DNA of 32,804 nucleotides from a virus. Taxonomy: Duplodnaviria > Caudoviricetes. Shown piece by piece: positions 7,942 through 19,000 of the stretch. Positions within the stretch are counted from its first letter, which is position 1, and each line of letters starts with the position of its first letter. The DNA lies in the IMG/VR virus record IMGVR_UViG_3300030117_002054, positions 1-32,804 of that record. The stretch is one strand, 5' to 3'. The notes beneath the pieces were generated by a model that was not told the origin of the DNA, did not search any database, and saw only the letters and a list, made by a program, of their open reading frames with translations. Position numbers and translations under genes: made by a program.

Positions 7942-8452
7942 AGTGAAAATATTACAAAGTGGGTCGTACTATATGACCCCTTTTCACTCAAATCATATAC
8001 TAGAAATGTTACCTATTCTTCATAAAGAAACAGAAAAAGAACTAATAAACCTTGGCTATTCTTCTACTTTGGAAGCTTTACTTGATCTTCAAAAAGATTC
8101 TGAAGTCTATACTGTAAGAAATAAAAGCTGGGATATAATGATGGTAAGCGGAATCTTTTATTCTGAAGAACCGCCACAACTCTTTGCTTTATTTACAAAA
8201 CATATAACAAAAAACTTTAAAGGTCTTGCTCGAGGATCAAAGCTTCTAATATCTTTTTTAGATCAGTCATATGATGAATTATCTATGCAAATAAGGGACG
8301 AATACATATCAATGTTAAACTGGGCAGTATGGCTTGGCTTTCACCCAATAGGTTTTACTAAAGAAAAAAATATACGATATGTTCATTTTGTGCGTTGCAA
8401 TCCTAAAAAAAATTATGTTTCAGATAAAACATCAATGCCTGCAATACACTGA
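7934..8452 (+). CDS. T7 gp13-like / GNAT-fold protein
   Basis: C-terminal MLNWAVWLGF resembles the gp13/DUF2833 'W..WLGF' motif. ATG 7934 preferred. Confidence 0.5.
   Translation: MDEVKILQSGSYYMTPFHSNHILEMLPILHKETEKELINLGYSSTLEALLDLQKDSEVYTVRNKSWDIMMVSGIFYSEEPPQLFALFTKHITKNFKGLARGSKLLISFLDQSYDELSMQIRDEYISMLNWAVWLGFHPIGFTKEKNIRYVHFVRCNPKKNYVSDKTSMPAIH
8388..8397 (+). promoter_or_regulatory. TTGTGCGTTG late-module motif, copy 3
   Basis: Within the 3' end of the preceding gene, ~140 nt upstream of the capsid gene. Confidence 0.55.
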
Positions 8453-8532
8453 GAAGCCCATTAGGATAACTTCATTGAGGATGTAGAGCAGATACCAAAG
8501 ATGCAAACTTAACTTAACTTAGGAACTGTAAA

Positions 8533-9342
8533 ATGGCTAATACAATTGACCAAGCCTTTATTAAACAGTTTGAAACCGATGTGCATCTTGCATACCAGCG
8601 CATGGGTTCTAAGCTGCGTAATACCATTCGTTCTACGAATGTGACGGGCAATACAGCAAGATTCCAGAAAATAGGAACTGGAACTGCTTCAACTAAATCA
8701 CGCAACGGTAATGTTACACCAATGGAACTTGCACATACTAATGTGGAAGTAACAATGTCTGACTTTTATGCTGCTGAGTACATTGATAAACTTGACGAGT
8801 TGAAAACAAATATCAACGAGCGTCAAGCTATTGCTGAAAGTGCTGCTGCTGCATTGGGTCGTAAAACTGATGAGCTAATTACAACAGCTATGGATGCTGG
8901 TGCTAACTCAACTCAGTTACACGATACATCATCTGCCGTTGAAAAAGCAGACTTACTATCAGCTTTTGAAACATTTGGAACAGCAAGTATTCCAGAAGAT
9001 GGGCAACGCTATATTGCTATGTCCCCTGCTGGTTTTGCAGATCTGTTTAATATTACAGAATTTGCTTCCAGTGATTTTGTTGGACCACAAAACCTACCGT
9101 TTGCTGGCGGTATGACAATGAAAGAGTTCTTGGGCTTCAAGATCTTTTCAACATCGGCTGTAGCTGGTGGTAAAAACTTTGTTTACCACATGAGAGCAGT
9201 TGGAATTGGTGTGAACTCTGATGTTCAGACTGAAGTAAACTATGTAGCAGAAAAAGTATCGCACCTAGCGACATCAATGATGTCAATGGGTTCTGTTGTC
9301 ATTGATGACAATGGTATATACGAACTGCTAGATAATAACTAG
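8533..9342 (+). CDS. Major capsid protein
   Basis: AFIKQFETDVHLAYQRMGSKLR...IDKLDELK...AALGRKTDELI is a podovirus MCP pattern. Position fits. Confidence 0.9.
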   Translation: MANTIDQAFIKQFETDVHLAYQRMGSKLRNTIRSTNVTGNTARFQKIGTGTASTKSRNGNVTPMELAHTNVEVTMSDFYAAEYIDKLDELKTNINERQAIAESAAAALGRKTDELITTAMDAGANSTQLHDTSSAVEKADLLSAFETFGTASIPEDGQRYIAMSPAGFADLFNITEFASSDFVGPQNLPFAGGMTMKEFLGFKIFSTSAVAGGKNFVYHMRAVGIGVNSDVQTEVNYVAEKVSHLATSMMSMGSVVIDDNGIYELLDNN

Positions 9343-9354
9343 GAGGGTTAGAAA

Positions 9355-9624
9355 ATGGCTTATAGTGCAAGTGGACTAACTCGTTTGGCTGGTGGTTCTG
9401 GTGTCAATCTTTGGCACTACACTACAACAGATGCAATTGGTGATGTTAATACTGCTAATTACTTTAATGATGCGATTGGCATGATTCGTTCTTTAGACGT
9501 TATTATTGCTGTTACATCAACAGGTGGTACACCAGCAGTTAGTCTTGTTTACGCAAAGGATGTTTCGGCAACCGCAATTGACGTAACTGATGGCTTAACT
9601 GTTACAGCTACTGATAGTGACTAA
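9355..9624 (+). CDS. Probable capsid decoration/cement protein
   Basis: 89-aa beta-rich ORF right after the MCP, AGGAGG SD, followed by a hairpin. Confidence 0.55.
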   Translation: MAYSASGLTRLAGGSGVNLWHYTTTDAIGDVNTANYFNDAIGMIRSLDVIIAVTSTGGTPAVSLVYAKDVSATAIDVTDGLTVTATDSD

Positions 9625-9628
9625 TAGG

Positions 9629-9646
9629 TTGGGGCTTCGGCCCCAA
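9629..9646 (+). terminator. Hairpin after the capsid module (probable leaky terminator)
   Basis: TTGGGGC-TTCG-GCCCCAA with a C(UUCG)G loop. U-tract is weak. Confidence 0.6.
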
Positions 9647-9706
9647 TCTTCCCCCTATTTTAGGACTCGCACTGTTATAGGGGGATATAAATTTTGAGGA
9701 TTTTAT

Positions 9707-10300
9707 ATGGCGGTTTCAAGTACGGCGGCAAGTTCACCAGTAGATGTATGTAGCCGCGCTCTTATTCTAATAGGCGCAGATCCTATTTCTTCTTTTGATG
9801 ATGGTAATAATGAAGCATTAGTTTCTTCTAATATGTATGAAGATGTTGCTAGAGCTTCATTGGTTAATACACGTTGGAGATTTGCAACAAATCAAGTTGT
9901 GTTAAATAGATTAACTGACGCACCAACAGGTCGCTTCGATGCAGCATATCAACTGCCTAGCGGATGGTTAATGACTCATGTTGTTACTGTAAATGATTTT
10001 CCAGTAGAGTATCAAACATACGGTGATAAACTTTTTTGCAATGAGGACGCTTCTGCAAGTTTAGTTCTTGATTTTACTTATCGTGCTAATGAAGAAGATT
10101 GGCCTTCATATTTTACATTAGCTGTGGAATATGAGCTTGCTTCTGTTTTTGCTTTATCTTTAGCACGAGATCAATCTCTTGCTACTCTTATGTCTCAACA
10201 AGCAGCAACTACTATGATGAAAGCTAGAAATTTAGATTCACAACAACAAACAACAAGGAAGCTTACAACAAGTAGATTTATTGTTAATAGGCGAACATAA
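9707..10300 (+). CDS. Tail tubular protein A (adaptor, T7 gp11-like)
   Basis: DVCSRALILIGADPISS...WRFAT...YQLP motifs. Confidence 0.85.
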   Translation: MAVSSTAASSPVDVCSRALILIGADPISSFDDGNNEALVSSNMYEDVARASLVNTRWRFATNQVVLNRLTDAPTGRFDAAYQLPSGWLMTHVVTVNDFPVEYQTYGDKLFCNEDASASLVLDFTYRANEEDWPSYFTLAVEYELASVFALSLARDQSLATLMSQQAATTMMKARNLDSQQQTTRKLTTSRFIVNRRT

Positions 10301-12546
10301 TGCAAAAAGTAAGAGTACCAATAACTAACTTTTCGTTTGGAGAGGTAAGCCCATCTTTAACATCAAGAACAGATTCGCCAATCTATAATCAATCTGCACA
10401 ACGTGTTAAAAATTTTTTTTTAAGATCTGAAGGTGGTGTAATTAAAAGATCTGGCTTAGAGTTTATTCACAAATTTACAGATATAACTGTAGACACAAGT
10501 AAAAAACAACAAAGTAGATTGTTACCATTTATATTTTCTGATGATGAGCAATATATTATTTCATTGCAGCATCAAAGTTTAAGAATATTTCAGATTAATG
10601 CTTCTACTGGTGCTGTATCTTCTATTCAAACTTTAACTCAAGATATTAATTCTGCTACATTATTATTTGATCACGACTATTTACACGAATATACTTATGC
10701 TCAAGCAGGTGATGTTATGTTTATTGCTCATAACACATTTATGCCTCAAGCAATTGTAAGAACTGGGCTTACAACATTTCATGTTGAGCCGTTTGTTTTT
10801 GATGCAAGATCAGATGATAAGGTTGTTTTTCAACCATATTATCCATTTCAAACTGCTGGTATGACTTTAGATCCTTCTGCAACAAGTGGTAATGGAATAA
10901 CTCTTACAACAAGTTCTGCTTATTGGAATACTGATTCACCATCAAAACATATAGGTACAACTATTAGATATAATGGAAATGAAATTGTTATTACTGGTGT
11001 AACAAATAGCACAGTTGCAACAGGTAATGTTCAAGATACTTTGAAAAAAAGATTAAGCCCAGACTCATTAAGAACAAACAATGGATCAGCAACTGTAGAG
11101 GTAACACTTGCTAATCATGGTATGTCTGTAAATGATTCAATTGATTTTGCAGATGCTAATGCTGTTGGTGGAATAACTAATTCTAATATTAATGGAACAA
11201 GAACTGTAACAGGTATTATAAGTAGTGATGTGTTTACTTTTACTGCTGGTGGAACTTCAAATGCTTCTGAACTTGGGGGCGGGACACCAACAGTAACAAC
11301 ACACGCACCAACGACAAGCTGGGATGAGCAATCATATTCTGCTCTTCGAGGTTTTCCTGCTGCTGTTACATTTCATGAAAATCGTTTGGCTTTTGGTGGA
11401 ACATTAGGACAACCAGATTCTATATGGCTAAGTAAGATTGCTCGTTATTATAATTTTGATGTAGCTGATGCAAAAGATAATGAAGCTATACATTTGACTG
11501 CGGCTGTTGGCGAAGTGCAACAAATACGTCATTTAGTCTCTAATAGAGATCTTCAAGTGTTTTCTGCATCTGCTGAGTTTTTTGTACCTGCTTTTCAAAA
11601 TCAACCTTTAACACCAACAAATGCACAAATAAAATTGCAAACGCCTTTTGGTTCTGGATTTGAAAGACCCCAACCTATTGACGGTGCAACTTTGTTTGTT
11701 CAGAAAGGTGGTCAAATTGTAAGAGAATATTTATTCAGTGATACTGAAGCTGCTTATATATCTACAGCTATATCAACTATTTCATCGCATTTAATTAAAA
11801 CACCTATAGAAATGAATACATTATATGGAGCATTGTCTCGATCAGAAAGCTATGTATTCATATTAAATAATGATGGAACTCTTTCAGTATTTAATTCTAA
11901 TAGAATTGAAAAACGTGCTGGTTGGGTTGAGTTTGTAACTGATGGAGTTTTTCATTCTACTGTTACAATTGATGATAGAGTTTTTGCTAATGTGGAATAT
12001 GATGATGGGGCTGGCACAAAAAGAATTACTCTTTGTGAGTTTAACTCAACATTTAACTTAGATAATGCAAAAAACTTTTCTGGCTCTTCTGGTGTTTTTG
12101 ATGTATCATCTGTGTTTGCTAATGGTGCTACAGTTAAAGTTGTAAGTGGTAATAATTATATAGGTGAGTTTACTGTTGCTAGTGGAAATGTAGATGTTTC
12201 TGCTGTTGATTCTAATTTAATATCAGCTCAAATTGGATATAGTTTTGATGTTGAATTAACTACAAATCCTATAGATGCTTCTGTTACAACTGGGCCAGTA
12301 ACAGGAACACCAAGAGGTATTGGAAGTGTATATCTTGATTTGAATAATACTTTGTCATGTAAAGTTAATAATACATCTATGATAATAAGAAATGTTACTG
12401 ATGACTTATCAACAGAATTAACAGCATTTACTGGTAAAAAAGAATTTAGATTGTTAGGTTATGATAGAGATCCAAAAGTAACTATATCACAGGATTCACC
12501 ATTAGATTTACAAGTAAATGGATTAGTAGCGGAGTTAATATTTTAA
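10300..12546 (+). CDS. Tail tubular protein B (nozzle, T7 gp12/P22 gp10-like)
   Basis: NFSFGEVSP, GGVIKRSG, RLLPFIFS and GFPAAVTFHENRL motifs. Confidence 0.88.
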   Translation: MQKVRVPITNFSFGEVSPSLTSRTDSPIYNQSAQRVKNFFLRSEGGVIKRSGLEFIHKFTDITVDTSKKQQSRLLPFIFSDDEQYIISLQHQSLRIFQINASTGAVSSIQTLTQDINSATLLFDHDYLHEYTYAQAGDVMFIAHNTFMPQAIVRTGLTTFHVEPFVFDARSDDKVVFQPYYPFQTAGMTLDPSATSGNGITLTTSSAYWNTDSPSKHIGTTIRYNGNEIVITGVTNSTVATGNVQDTLKKRLSPDSLRTNNGSATVEVTLANHGMSVNDSIDFADANAVGGITNSNINGTRTVTGIISSDVFTFTAGGTSNASELGGGTPTVTTHAPTTSWDEQSYSALRGFPAAVTFHENRLAFGGTLGQPDSIWLSKIARYYNFDVADAKDNEAIHLTAAVGEVQQIRHLVSNRDLQVFSASAEFFVPAFQNQPLTPTNAQIKLQTPFGSGFERPQPIDGATLFVQKGGQIVREYLFSDTEAAYISTAISTISSHLIKTPIEMNTLYGALSRSESYVFILNNDGTLSVFNSNRIEKRAGWVEFVTDGVFHSTVTIDDRVFANVEYDDGAGTKRITLCEFNSTFNLDNAKNFSGSSGVFDVSSVFANGATVKVVSGNNYIGEFTVASGNVDVSAVDSNLISAQIGYSFDVELTTNPIDASVTTGPVTGTPRGIGSVYLDLNNTLSCKVNNTSMIIRNVTDDLSTELTAFTGKKEFRLLGYDRDPKVTISQDSPLDLQVNGLVAELIF

Positions 12547-12983
12547 TGTCAGTATTTCAGGTTATAGGTATAGGCATGAAGTTTATGGGTGCGATGCAAC
12601 AAGCTCGTGCTGAAGAACAAGCAAGTAAAGACACTGCTGAGAATATGATTACTGATCGTATTAGAGGTGAGGCTGCTGCTGCTCAAGCACAAACTCAACG
12701 ATATGCTCAGATGTTTGATGATATAGCATACAATGAAGGTGCTTTACTTAAGAATAGAGATTTTGATCAAAGCGTTACTGCGTTTATGGATTCTCAAAAA
12801 GATATAACATTTGATGATCTTCGTATAATGGCAAGTCAAGCAAATATGGAAAAATCAAAAGCAACTCTTCAAAGCTTACTCGAAGTTGAAAGAGGCAAAA
12901 ATAAAGCAAGTGCTATTAGAATTAGTGCAGCTTCTGATTTTATGTCAGGAATTCATAGTATGCAAGGTACATCGACAGCATGA
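12546..12983 (+). CDS. Internal virion protein (gp14-like)
   Basis: Hydrophobic Gly-rich N-terminus, Ala/Gln-rich helical body. Position fits. Confidence 0.6.
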   Translation: MSVFQVIGIGMKFMGAMQQARAEEQASKDTAENMITDRIRGEAAAAQAQTQRYAQMFDDIAYNEGALLKNRDFDQSVTAFMDSQKDITFDDLRIMASQANMEKSKATLQSLLEVERGKNKASAIRISAASDFMSGIHSMQGTSTA

Positions 12984-12990
12984 GGTTTAA

Positions 12991-15900
12991 ATGGCACAAG
13001 TAATTAGGAGAAAAGGTACAGCTACTAATCAGCGAATAGGTGTTGTTAGTTTTGATACTGATGCTGGTGCAATAGGTCGTTCATTACAAAATGCAGGTGA
13101 AACATTACGACAAGCTGCATATAAGATAGATGCAGAAGATGCTGAAAAAGCAGGAGCAGATGCAGCCGCTGCATTAGACGCTTCTAAGTTTAGATCTTTT
13201 GATGAAGATGGTAATCCTGTGGCTTTGCAAGTTCCAGAAGGCTATGGAAGAATTGCAAGATTAAAGTTTCAAGAAGTAGTTGAAAGAAGATTCATTGAAA
13301 CAATGGATAATGATATTCGAATTGAGGCTCAGAATCTTAGAGTAAAACATGCTAGAAACCCTCTTGGCTTTCAAAATGAAATGGAATCTTATCTTAGTGG
13401 TTTATCAAAAGGTTCTGATGGTCGATTTAAACAATATATAGAAACAGTTGGAAGTGCTGTTCAAGAAGCAACCTATATAGGTCTTCTTGAAAAACAAAGG
13501 GAAAGATCTCGGCAAGATAATGCTGATTTTATTTCTTCACAAAATAGTGAAGCAAAAATTTCAATTGCGATGTTATCAGCTCAAGGTGACAAAGGTTTAT
13601 CTGATGCTGTAGCTTTTGCTTATGAAAGAGCAACAGCAACTAAAGAAGGAGAAGATGCTCAACTATTTAGAAAAGGAGCAAGTCAATCATATTTCAATGA
13701 AGCAGCAGGTATTGCGGCTGCATCATATATAACAACGGAAGCCTCAAATTTTACTGCTTTAGAAAGAGCTTTGCTTGAACAGTCAATATCTACTGGTCAA
13801 ATTTCAAACAATAAAAAAGTACAAAATCTTTTAAATAAAACAATTGAATACAAAGCAGGTGATAAAACTAAAACTATTTTATTAAGAGATTTAATTAATG
13901 CTAATAATCAAGTTGAAGTTCAAAGAAAAATAGCCACTGTTTTCCAAGACATAACAAGTGTTGAAATAATTGAAAGGCAAGAAGCTGAGCGTAAAAGAAT
14001 TGAACAAACTAGAGATTTTCAATTAAGCGAAGATGAATTTAAAACTGGTGCAACTGAAGCAGTAGATGATTTAGTTATTGGATCTATTAAAAATGCTCAA
14101 GAAGCTTTTTTAGACAATGGTAATATTGATAAAAGTGTGTCTGCTTCATTTAGTGAATATGAAACTTTAGTTAAACAAATAGATAATGAAGTAAGATTTA
14201 ATCCAGAGTTTACGGCTGCTGAAGGAGAAGCAATAAAAAACAATGCTATGATTCAAACAGCTATGCCATTTATTAAAAGAGCATCAGCTTCAGGAGGAAA
14301 GCCAGATAATTTTATAGCTGCTCTTTCTACAATGGATGTAAACAGTGAAGCTTTTGCTGCCTCAACTCCACAACAACAAGAAGTTATTCTTGCTTTAAGT
14401 AAATATGGTTTTGATGAAAATCTAACAGGAGAGTTTTCTGCAACTATTAATCAAGCAGCAAGTGCTACAGTTGCATCACTAAAACAAGAAGAAATAACTT
14501 TTGATTTAGTAAATGAGTTTCAAGATATTCTTGTTGGTGTCAGAAGAGGTCAGCTTGATAATAAAGATGTTGATAAGTTTTTTGATAAGTTTGATAAACA
14601 AACTAAAGGCTTTGAAGGAATACTAACTCAAAGATTTAAACTTACAACAGCAGTAGATAAAGAAAACGCTCGAAAAGATTTGTTATCTTTTTTATATTCT
14701 TCTCCATCACATGATGCTGCGTTTATAAAAGAAGTTCAGTATTACATGTTAACAGGTGATGCAGGATTTTTAAAACAATCAACTCGAGAAAAAGTTGATA
14801 CAATTTTAGAAGGCTTACCAGTTTCTAGTCGGAAAGAACTAACATCTTTGGTAGAAAAGATGGCAGTTGATAGAAGTCAAATAGAATTAAAAAAAGAAAA
14901 AGACCTTGAAAAATATAACAACGTCAAAGCTTTTGAAAATCAAAGTTTATCTAATAGCAAAGGTAGTGAAATATCTCAATTAATATTAAACAAAACAGGA
15001 TTTGATATTAGTGACGATAAAACTTGGACACAACAAAACATGCAAATTGCTGCAAAGTATATGCCAGAAGACATTGTTAACCAGTTAAAAAGTTTTGCAA
15101 GAATGGATACAGCTAAAAATCCTGATAATTTGCTTATGTTCTTTGGAAGATTGTATCAATACACATATCCTGATGGAACAATACATAATGTTACAGATGG
15201 ATTCTTAGACGATGAAACAGAATTAAAATTAAGATACGCTTTAGCAAGTAGACGTATGGGAAGAACATCAAATGCTGCTCAAGCTATGACAGAAGTAAAT
15301 AAACTTTTTGACGAGCCTAGTGCTTCAAATATCCAAGCTAGAAAAGAAATACTTTACGGAACAAGAAATCAAGGAAGACAAGTAAAAACTCAAAAAGAAT
15401 TTTTAAGAGGTCTTCTTGGCAATGATTATGATGCTATGGCTTCAGTTGAGCTTGGTATGTATACAGATATATTGCTTGCTTCAAATTTATCTGATGATCA
15501 AATTAAAGCAGAGATTAAACAAAAGTTTGAAACAAAATATAAAGAAGCTCAATATGTATTGGATTCATCAAGACCTGTTGGCGCAAAAAATAAAACACGC
15601 CATGCTTTGAGCGCGTATCTTCGTCCACCAGAAAAAGAATTTTTTGTAACAAGTGTTGAAAGACAGCTTAATAAATTTGGTTACACTTTGTATGATCATG
15701 TAAATGAAAAGGGTATTGGTAAAATATTTGACCCTTCAAGTTCTGAAAAAGGTTTTATTCCTACGGTTTTAGTTCCAATGTTCCCAGAGTTAGTAAGACC
15801 AGAAGATCAAACATTTATGCCAATGAAGCTGGTTTATGTGAGTGAGATAGGTGATTATGAGTTGCAGCCTATTATTATTAATGAGGGTACAGACAAAGAG

Positions 15901-16059
15901 TTGACGGCTGCTTTTCAAATAAAAGATGAGTTCAAAGATTACTTAGGTTCAGCAGGTTCTGTAACCGATGCTATAGGTTTAGAAGGTTTACAAAGATTGT
16001 TTGACGACGCAACATGGCTTTTGGGTGGTGACAGATCTAAACCTGTTCCTGTTTATTAG
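12991..16059 (+). CDS. Large internal virion/ejection protein (gp15-like)
   Basis: 1022-aa helical protein after the gp14-like gene. Assigned by position. Confidence 0.55.
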   Translation: MAQVIRRKGTATNQRIGVVSFDTDAGAIGRSLQNAGETLRQAAYKIDAEDAEKAGADAAAALDASKFRSFDEDGNPVALQVPEGYGRIARLKFQEVVERRFIETMDNDIRIEAQNLRVKHARNPLGFQNEMESYLSGLSKGSDGRFKQYIETVGSAVQEATYIGLLEKQRERSRQDNADFISSQNSEAKISIAMLSAQGDKGLSDAVAFAYERATATKEGEDAQLFRKGASQSYFNEAAGIAAASYITTEASNFTALERALLEQSISTGQISNNKKVQNLLNKTIEYKAGDKTKTILLRDLINANNQVEVQRKIATVFQDITSVEIIERQEAERKRIEQTRDFQLSEDEFKTGATEAVDDLVIGSIKNAQEAFLDNGNIDKSVSASFSEYETLVKQIDNEVRFNPEFTAAEGEAIKNNAMIQTAMPFIKRASASGGKPDNFIAALSTMDVNSEAFAASTPQQQEVILALSKYGFDENLTGEFSATINQAASATVASLKQEEITFDLVNEFQDILVGVRRGQLDNKDVDKFFDKFDKQTKGFEGILTQRFKLTTAVDKENARKDLLSFLYSSPSHDAAFIKEVQYYMLTGDAGFLKQSTREKVDTILEGLPVSSRKELTSLVEKMAVDRSQIELKKEKDLEKYNNVKAFENQSLSNSKGSEISQLILNKTGFDISDDKTWTQQNMQIAAKYMPEDIVNQLKSFARMDTAKNPDNLLMFFGRLYQYTYPDGTIHNVTDGFLDDETELKLRYALASRRMGRTSNAAQAMTEVNKLFDEPSASNIQARKEILYGTRNQGRQVKTQKEFLRGLLGNDYDAMASVELGMYTDILLASNLSDDQIKAEIKQKFETKYKEAQYVLDSSRPVGAKNKTRHALSAYLRPPEKEFFVTSVERQLNKFGYTLYDHVNEKGIGKIFDPSSSEKGFIPTVLVPMFPELVRPEDQTFMPMKLVYVSEIGDYELQPIIINEGTDKELTAAFQIKDEFKDYLGSAGSVTDAIGLEGLQRLFDDATWLLGGDRSKPVPVY

Positions 16060-16066
16060 GTGATTT

Positions 16067-19000
16067 ATGATTGATGCTTATTCAGTTACGCCATTCTTAG
16101 CAACAGACAAAGAACCTTTAGCCAGAGATAACAAAGCTACTTTGTGGGAAACCACAGGTGCTTTAATTGGTGAGTGGTCGCCTTTTGTTGAAAACTTTAC
16201 AATGATGGGTGATGACATGTTAGATTATGATCCTGATTTTGATGTTGTAGATGCTGTTGGAAACTTAGATGCATCATATTCTAAGTATGCTTTTAACCTT
16301 ATGTTTGCTCGAAGCGAAGATCACTTTAATTATTTAGTTGATAGATTAGATAGATCTAAAGCAAGACAAGATGTTTTAGCTAATTCTTCTATAGGCAATA
16401 TAATTATTGCATCATTTTTTGATCCTATTAATTTAATATCATTGCCGCTTGGTGTAGGTAAAACAGCTTTGCAAACAGGTATGAATGTAGCAAAGTTTAA
16501 TGTTGCTTTATCTACTGCTGAAGAGGTTATTAAGTCTGCATCAGATCCTGTTCGAAGAGATCCTACAATGTCTGCTTTGAATATTGGTACATCTGGTATT
16601 GCAGGATTTACTCTTGGTAGTTTAGCAGGATTAATTAAAAATCGTTCTGCCCCACAGGTTGTTAAAACAACAACAAAAGAAACAGATGAGCTTATTAATA
16701 AAATGAGCGACTCTCCAGCAGATCCTTCATTGGTAAAAAATTGGTACACTGACAGTTGGTTTTTTAAATTTGCAACAAGCCCATTTAAAAGAACAATGCT
16801 TAATGATGAAGTTCCAACAGAGGTTAAGCAGTTTCAGTATGATTTAGATGGAGACTTAGGACAGTTACATAATGCTCATGTAAATGGTCAAACACTTGGA
16901 AGATCTGTTCATATGGATCAAGCAAAGTACAAAGCAGAGTTTGCTGTTTTGTATAGCAAAATGTTAAGTGCTTTTGGTCGCGCTCAATCTGAAGGTGTAA
17001 TTAAATTTTTAGATTATCCTTTGGGTAAACAAAGAAAGTTTGATGAGTTTATAACAAGAATTAATGAAAAACGAATTGATGGGCTAAAGGGCGATAATGC
17101 TATAGAAGAAGAGCTAATTAATTCTTTAAATATTTTTGCTAAAAAATGGGAAAACAGATTAAGAGACACAGGACTTATTGGGACACTTGATCATTTTAAA
17201 AAACAAAAAACTTTTTGGGCAGGAGTTATTAAAAGAAACGAAAATATAATAAAACGCTTAGAAGACAAAGCTAAATCTGGTCGAAAGCTAGGTTTATCTA
17301 AAAGTGATTCTAAATATTTAAAAAGAGTCCAAGAACGGCTTTCTATGTACAAAGCGCACTATGAAGGCATACTAGCTACCATAGATGATGTTGAATTATC
17401 CCAACAAACAGCAGGTATTAAACCACCTAACGAAACTATTTTTCATCCAAGGTATTGGAAGAAAGATTACATTAAAAAGAATAGACAAGATTTTTATAGG
17501 ATTCTTTATGATTGGTTTAAAGAAAATCCAGAGGTTATTAAATGGTCGCCTGACAATCCAGTAGAAAGGATTAGAGCAAGCACTAGACCTGAAGATATAA
17601 AAGAAAGAGTTAACAAAACAATAGATACCATTCTTGGAATGAGTGATGAAACAAGTTTTGAAAATGCTTTTTTTGGTTACGGCAAATCAAAACACTTTAT
17701 GCATAGACAGTTAGATATACCTAACTATCTTGTAAAAGATTTTATCGAAACAAATCCTATGACAACATTTATGGCGTACACTATGAAGGTTGCGCCTCGT
17801 TATTCTTTTGCTGCTAAATTTGGAAGCAGAACTTTTGATGATGTAGCTGAGGATCGTTTTGATGATTTGATTGCATCTGGTATGAGCTACGATAAAGCTA
17901 ATAAAGTAATGGCTGATATTCGTACATCTTACGATAGAGTTATGAATACACCAGTAAGAGAACCGCATTCATGGTCAGCAAAAACTGCAAGAGTAATTAA
18001 AGATCTTGCAACTCTTAACTATATGGGTCGTGTTGGATTTTCATCTATATCAGAGCTTGGTCGAATAATGGCAGAACATGGTGTTGGTCGTACTCTTAGA
18101 ACTATTTTATCTAGGAATGATTTAAAAATTAAGCTTGCAGCCGATGAAGCTGCTAAAGCTGGTGAAGCATTAGAAGGTGCATTACAAAGTACAAGCATGC
18201 GATTTAGCGATGAAATGTTTGCTAACCCATTATACCATAGCGTATGGGAAAGAGGCAAAGATGCTTTTTATGTTTTAAATTTACTTACACCAATTACCAA
18301 AGCTTTAAAAAGATTAGATGGCACAATAAGACAGGATAGTCTTATTTCTATGGCTATCAAAGAACATAACCCTAAACTAGCTAAGGAGTTTGGCTTACCT
18401 AAAATAAAAAAATGGGAACTAGAATATTTACGAAGAAACAATATTTCTAGTGAAGACTCAAAAAAATTAGCGTTTCAAGAGGGAACTAAATGGGAACGTG
18501 GAGACTCAGGTCTTATTTATGCAAACACAGATGAGTGGACTGATTTAGAGCTACAAGCAACATTTAGGGAATCTTTGTCATCTGGTATTTTAAATACTAT
18601 TATGATGGGTACTTCTGCTGATCGACCTCGTATTGCTGATGGTGTTGCTTTGATACCTATAAGAGTGGCAAGACAGTTTGGTATGAAGGAAGACCCAAAG
18701 TATAAAGGTTATGCAAGAGTTGAGAATGCAATACTAAGTATGCCGTTTCAGTTTTATAGCTATACATTAGCAAATATAAATAAAACTATTGCAGCTTATA
18801 CAACTGGTCAAATGAAGTCACCAATCTTTGGTACTATGTGGATGGTTGGTTTAGCGTATCTAAGCTTAGAACTAAAATCACAAACATCAAAAGGCAGCGA
18901 AAGAGCTTGGGATAGTTTATCTTACACAGATCAATTTATAAGAGCTTTTGATTATTCTGGTGCGGCTGCTATTTACACAGATTTCTTTTATCAAAGCATT

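Noticed and set aside
8452-8532. Small GAAG-CCC...GGATAA-CTTC hairpin in the capsid leader as a translational operator
   Set aside because: The stems are only 2-4 bp and cannot be supported from a single sequence.
9340-9357. Stop readthrough fusing the MCP to the next gene, which is in the same frame
   Set aside because: A second in-frame TAG lies in the spacer (GAG GGT TAG AAA), and the downstream gene has its own AGGAGG SD.
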